Below, piece after piece: positions 62,448 through 64,000 of a stretch of DNA of 64,000 nt. Location: the NCBI GenBank assembly GCA_965235115.1, contig OZ249449.1, positions 7,502,001 through 7,566,000 of the forward strand, read 5' to 3'. A program made the position numbers and the translations under genes. Positions within the stretch are counted from its first letter, which is position 1; each line of letters begins with the position of its first letter. This DNA comes from Laetmonice hystrix (taxonomy: Eukaryota). The notes under the pieces are model-generated. The model had not been told where the DNA came from, searched no databases, and saw only the letters and a program-made list of their open reading frames with translations.

Positions 62448-63591
62448 TGTTCCGGCTAGATACGTCCGAACGGCTATAGTTATGTCCGATAGGAGATATG
62501 TCCGCAAACGTCAGCTATAGAAGTGTCCGGTACCAGACACATCTAGCTGATTATCCTCTAGATTGCGCCTATATAAAAATGACCACCAGATGGCAGCATC
62601 GACCAATGCGACCAATGCCTGCAATGTGGCTATCGACGCTTGCACGCTCGTCCGCTCACGTTCCCTGCTCGGCCCCCTAGCGGAGACACCGGAGGGCTTG
62701 TTGACGCTTGGTGTCACCCGTCTATATAGGACGTTGGCATGGGTCGTTGTTGCCTGGATGTATACAAGTTTCTTTGATTTTCACAAAACCAAATGTTAAG
62801 AATCAAGACAAAATGCATTTTAAAGGTATGCTTAAATGTTTACCTACATCATGCACTACCTTACGGTTTGTGATTTCGCTGAGATATAGTTTATTATCGT
62901 GATCAACCCCTGCGCTGGTTCTGTCACACCTGTTGTGTGGTACCCGACCAACAGGGTGTGTATATAAAGCAATTAGTACACTGTACAACTGTCTAGGAAA
63001 GGCGAGACTCGGGTCTCCACGTTCGGTCGTAGTCTGGAAACAGACGCTGTTGAAAACCTGACAGTACGAAGAGTTAGGCTCGGTTGGTGTCCACGAGGGA
63101 GAGGTGAGGGTGAAACTCGAAGATCCGTGGACAACTCTTCTAAAGGGTTCTAGAAATAGAACCCGTACCCCGTCAGTGTGATCAAACTGCGGCAAGGTTC
63201 CAAACCAGTTGACTCTCAATGGGCTATCGTGTGTCTCCAGACGCCAGATACGAACGTTAGGACTTGGACCCTAAAGAGTCAGACCAATCCCTGACTTTTT
63301 AGTTATTCTCAATTTTTCTTGCCTCCCATTCATCAGGACCTGGGAGGGGCTGAATGAGCCGAAATAATGTGGCCTATCACCAAACGACGTTAACTTTACA
63401 AATGTTCCAGTTTGTTTCTTCGAGTTTCACCGATGTATTAATGGATATGCCAAGGCTGACCGAGACCGGCAGTTTACATCTAGTTGATAATTGCGGACAT
63501 ATCAATTTCTCCGGACACATCTAGCTGATGTTTGCGGACATATCTCCTGCCGCGGACATAACCAGCCGTTCGGACATATCTATCCGAAACA
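62448..63591. mobile_element. Non-autonomous TGT...ACA element with ~80-bp imperfect TIRs and 5-bp TSD (Ginger2-like), full-length copy
   Basis: Starts TGTTCCGGCTAGATACGTCCGAAC at 62448, ends GTTCGGACATATCTATCCGAAACA at 63591; TGCCC on both flanks (62443-62447, 63592-63596); subterminal GATATGTCCG motifs; no transposase. Confidence 0.75.
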
Positions 63592-63838
63592 TGCCCTCCT
63601 CTTGCTCCTGTCAACTCCTCTGCTCAAAGCCTCAAACTTGGTACCCGTGACGATGCTGGTGAAAAGGAAGGCTGCAGGAGTAGCAACCTAGTTTAAGGCA
63701 GGGATTTTTGGGGGAGATCAAAAGATTTTATGGCAAATGTCTATTGAAAGACAGCATAAATTAGGGTATATGGGTAAATATATTAGAAACACATCCTATA
63801 AACATAAAGAGAGTTAGTATTGTACGGTTTCGACCACA

Positions 63839-63880
63839 TTCTTCTTCTTCTTCTTCTTCTTCTTCTTCTTCTTCTTCTTC
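63839..63880. repeat. (CTT)n microsatellite
   Basis: Direct reading. Confidence 0.95.
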
Positions 63881-64000
63881 ATTGTGGTGAGAAGTCTCCG
63901 CTAAAGGTAGGACTATGTTGACGATAGTAAGGGTTATTGATATAAAATGTTTTACTCAACCCGTTCTTCCGTATAGATTTGCGTGTCATCATCTAGGCCT

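Overview
Eukaryotic, intron-rich DNA, most like an invertebrate deuterostome such as an echinoderm (inference from gene style and repeats); no rRNA, tRNA or CRISPR seen. All exon models were read by hand from splice sites and codon phase. Five genes: (1-2) two tandem 18-exon paralogues on + (5268-16238, 17177-26292) encoding signal peptide + five C-type lectin domains (CTLDs) + a GPI-like tail; (3) an intronless ~645-aa ankyrin-repeat ORF on - split by a very young 2.87-kb transposon with 486-bp TIRs and an ATA target duplication; (4) CEP164 on + (~33 coding exons); (5) a CYP17/CYP1-like clan-2 P450 on -. Best leads: in lectin copy 2, two independent tandem repeats have multiplied 3' splice sites and every decoy leads to an early stop; the transposon supplies both a stop codon and an in-frame basic NLS-like leader, splitting the ankyrin gene into two ORFs; an intronic RFX X-box plus donor could give a WW-less CEP164; an orphan CpG promoter lies in the last intron of lectin 1; the P450 has Leu at the position of human CYP17A1 His373.
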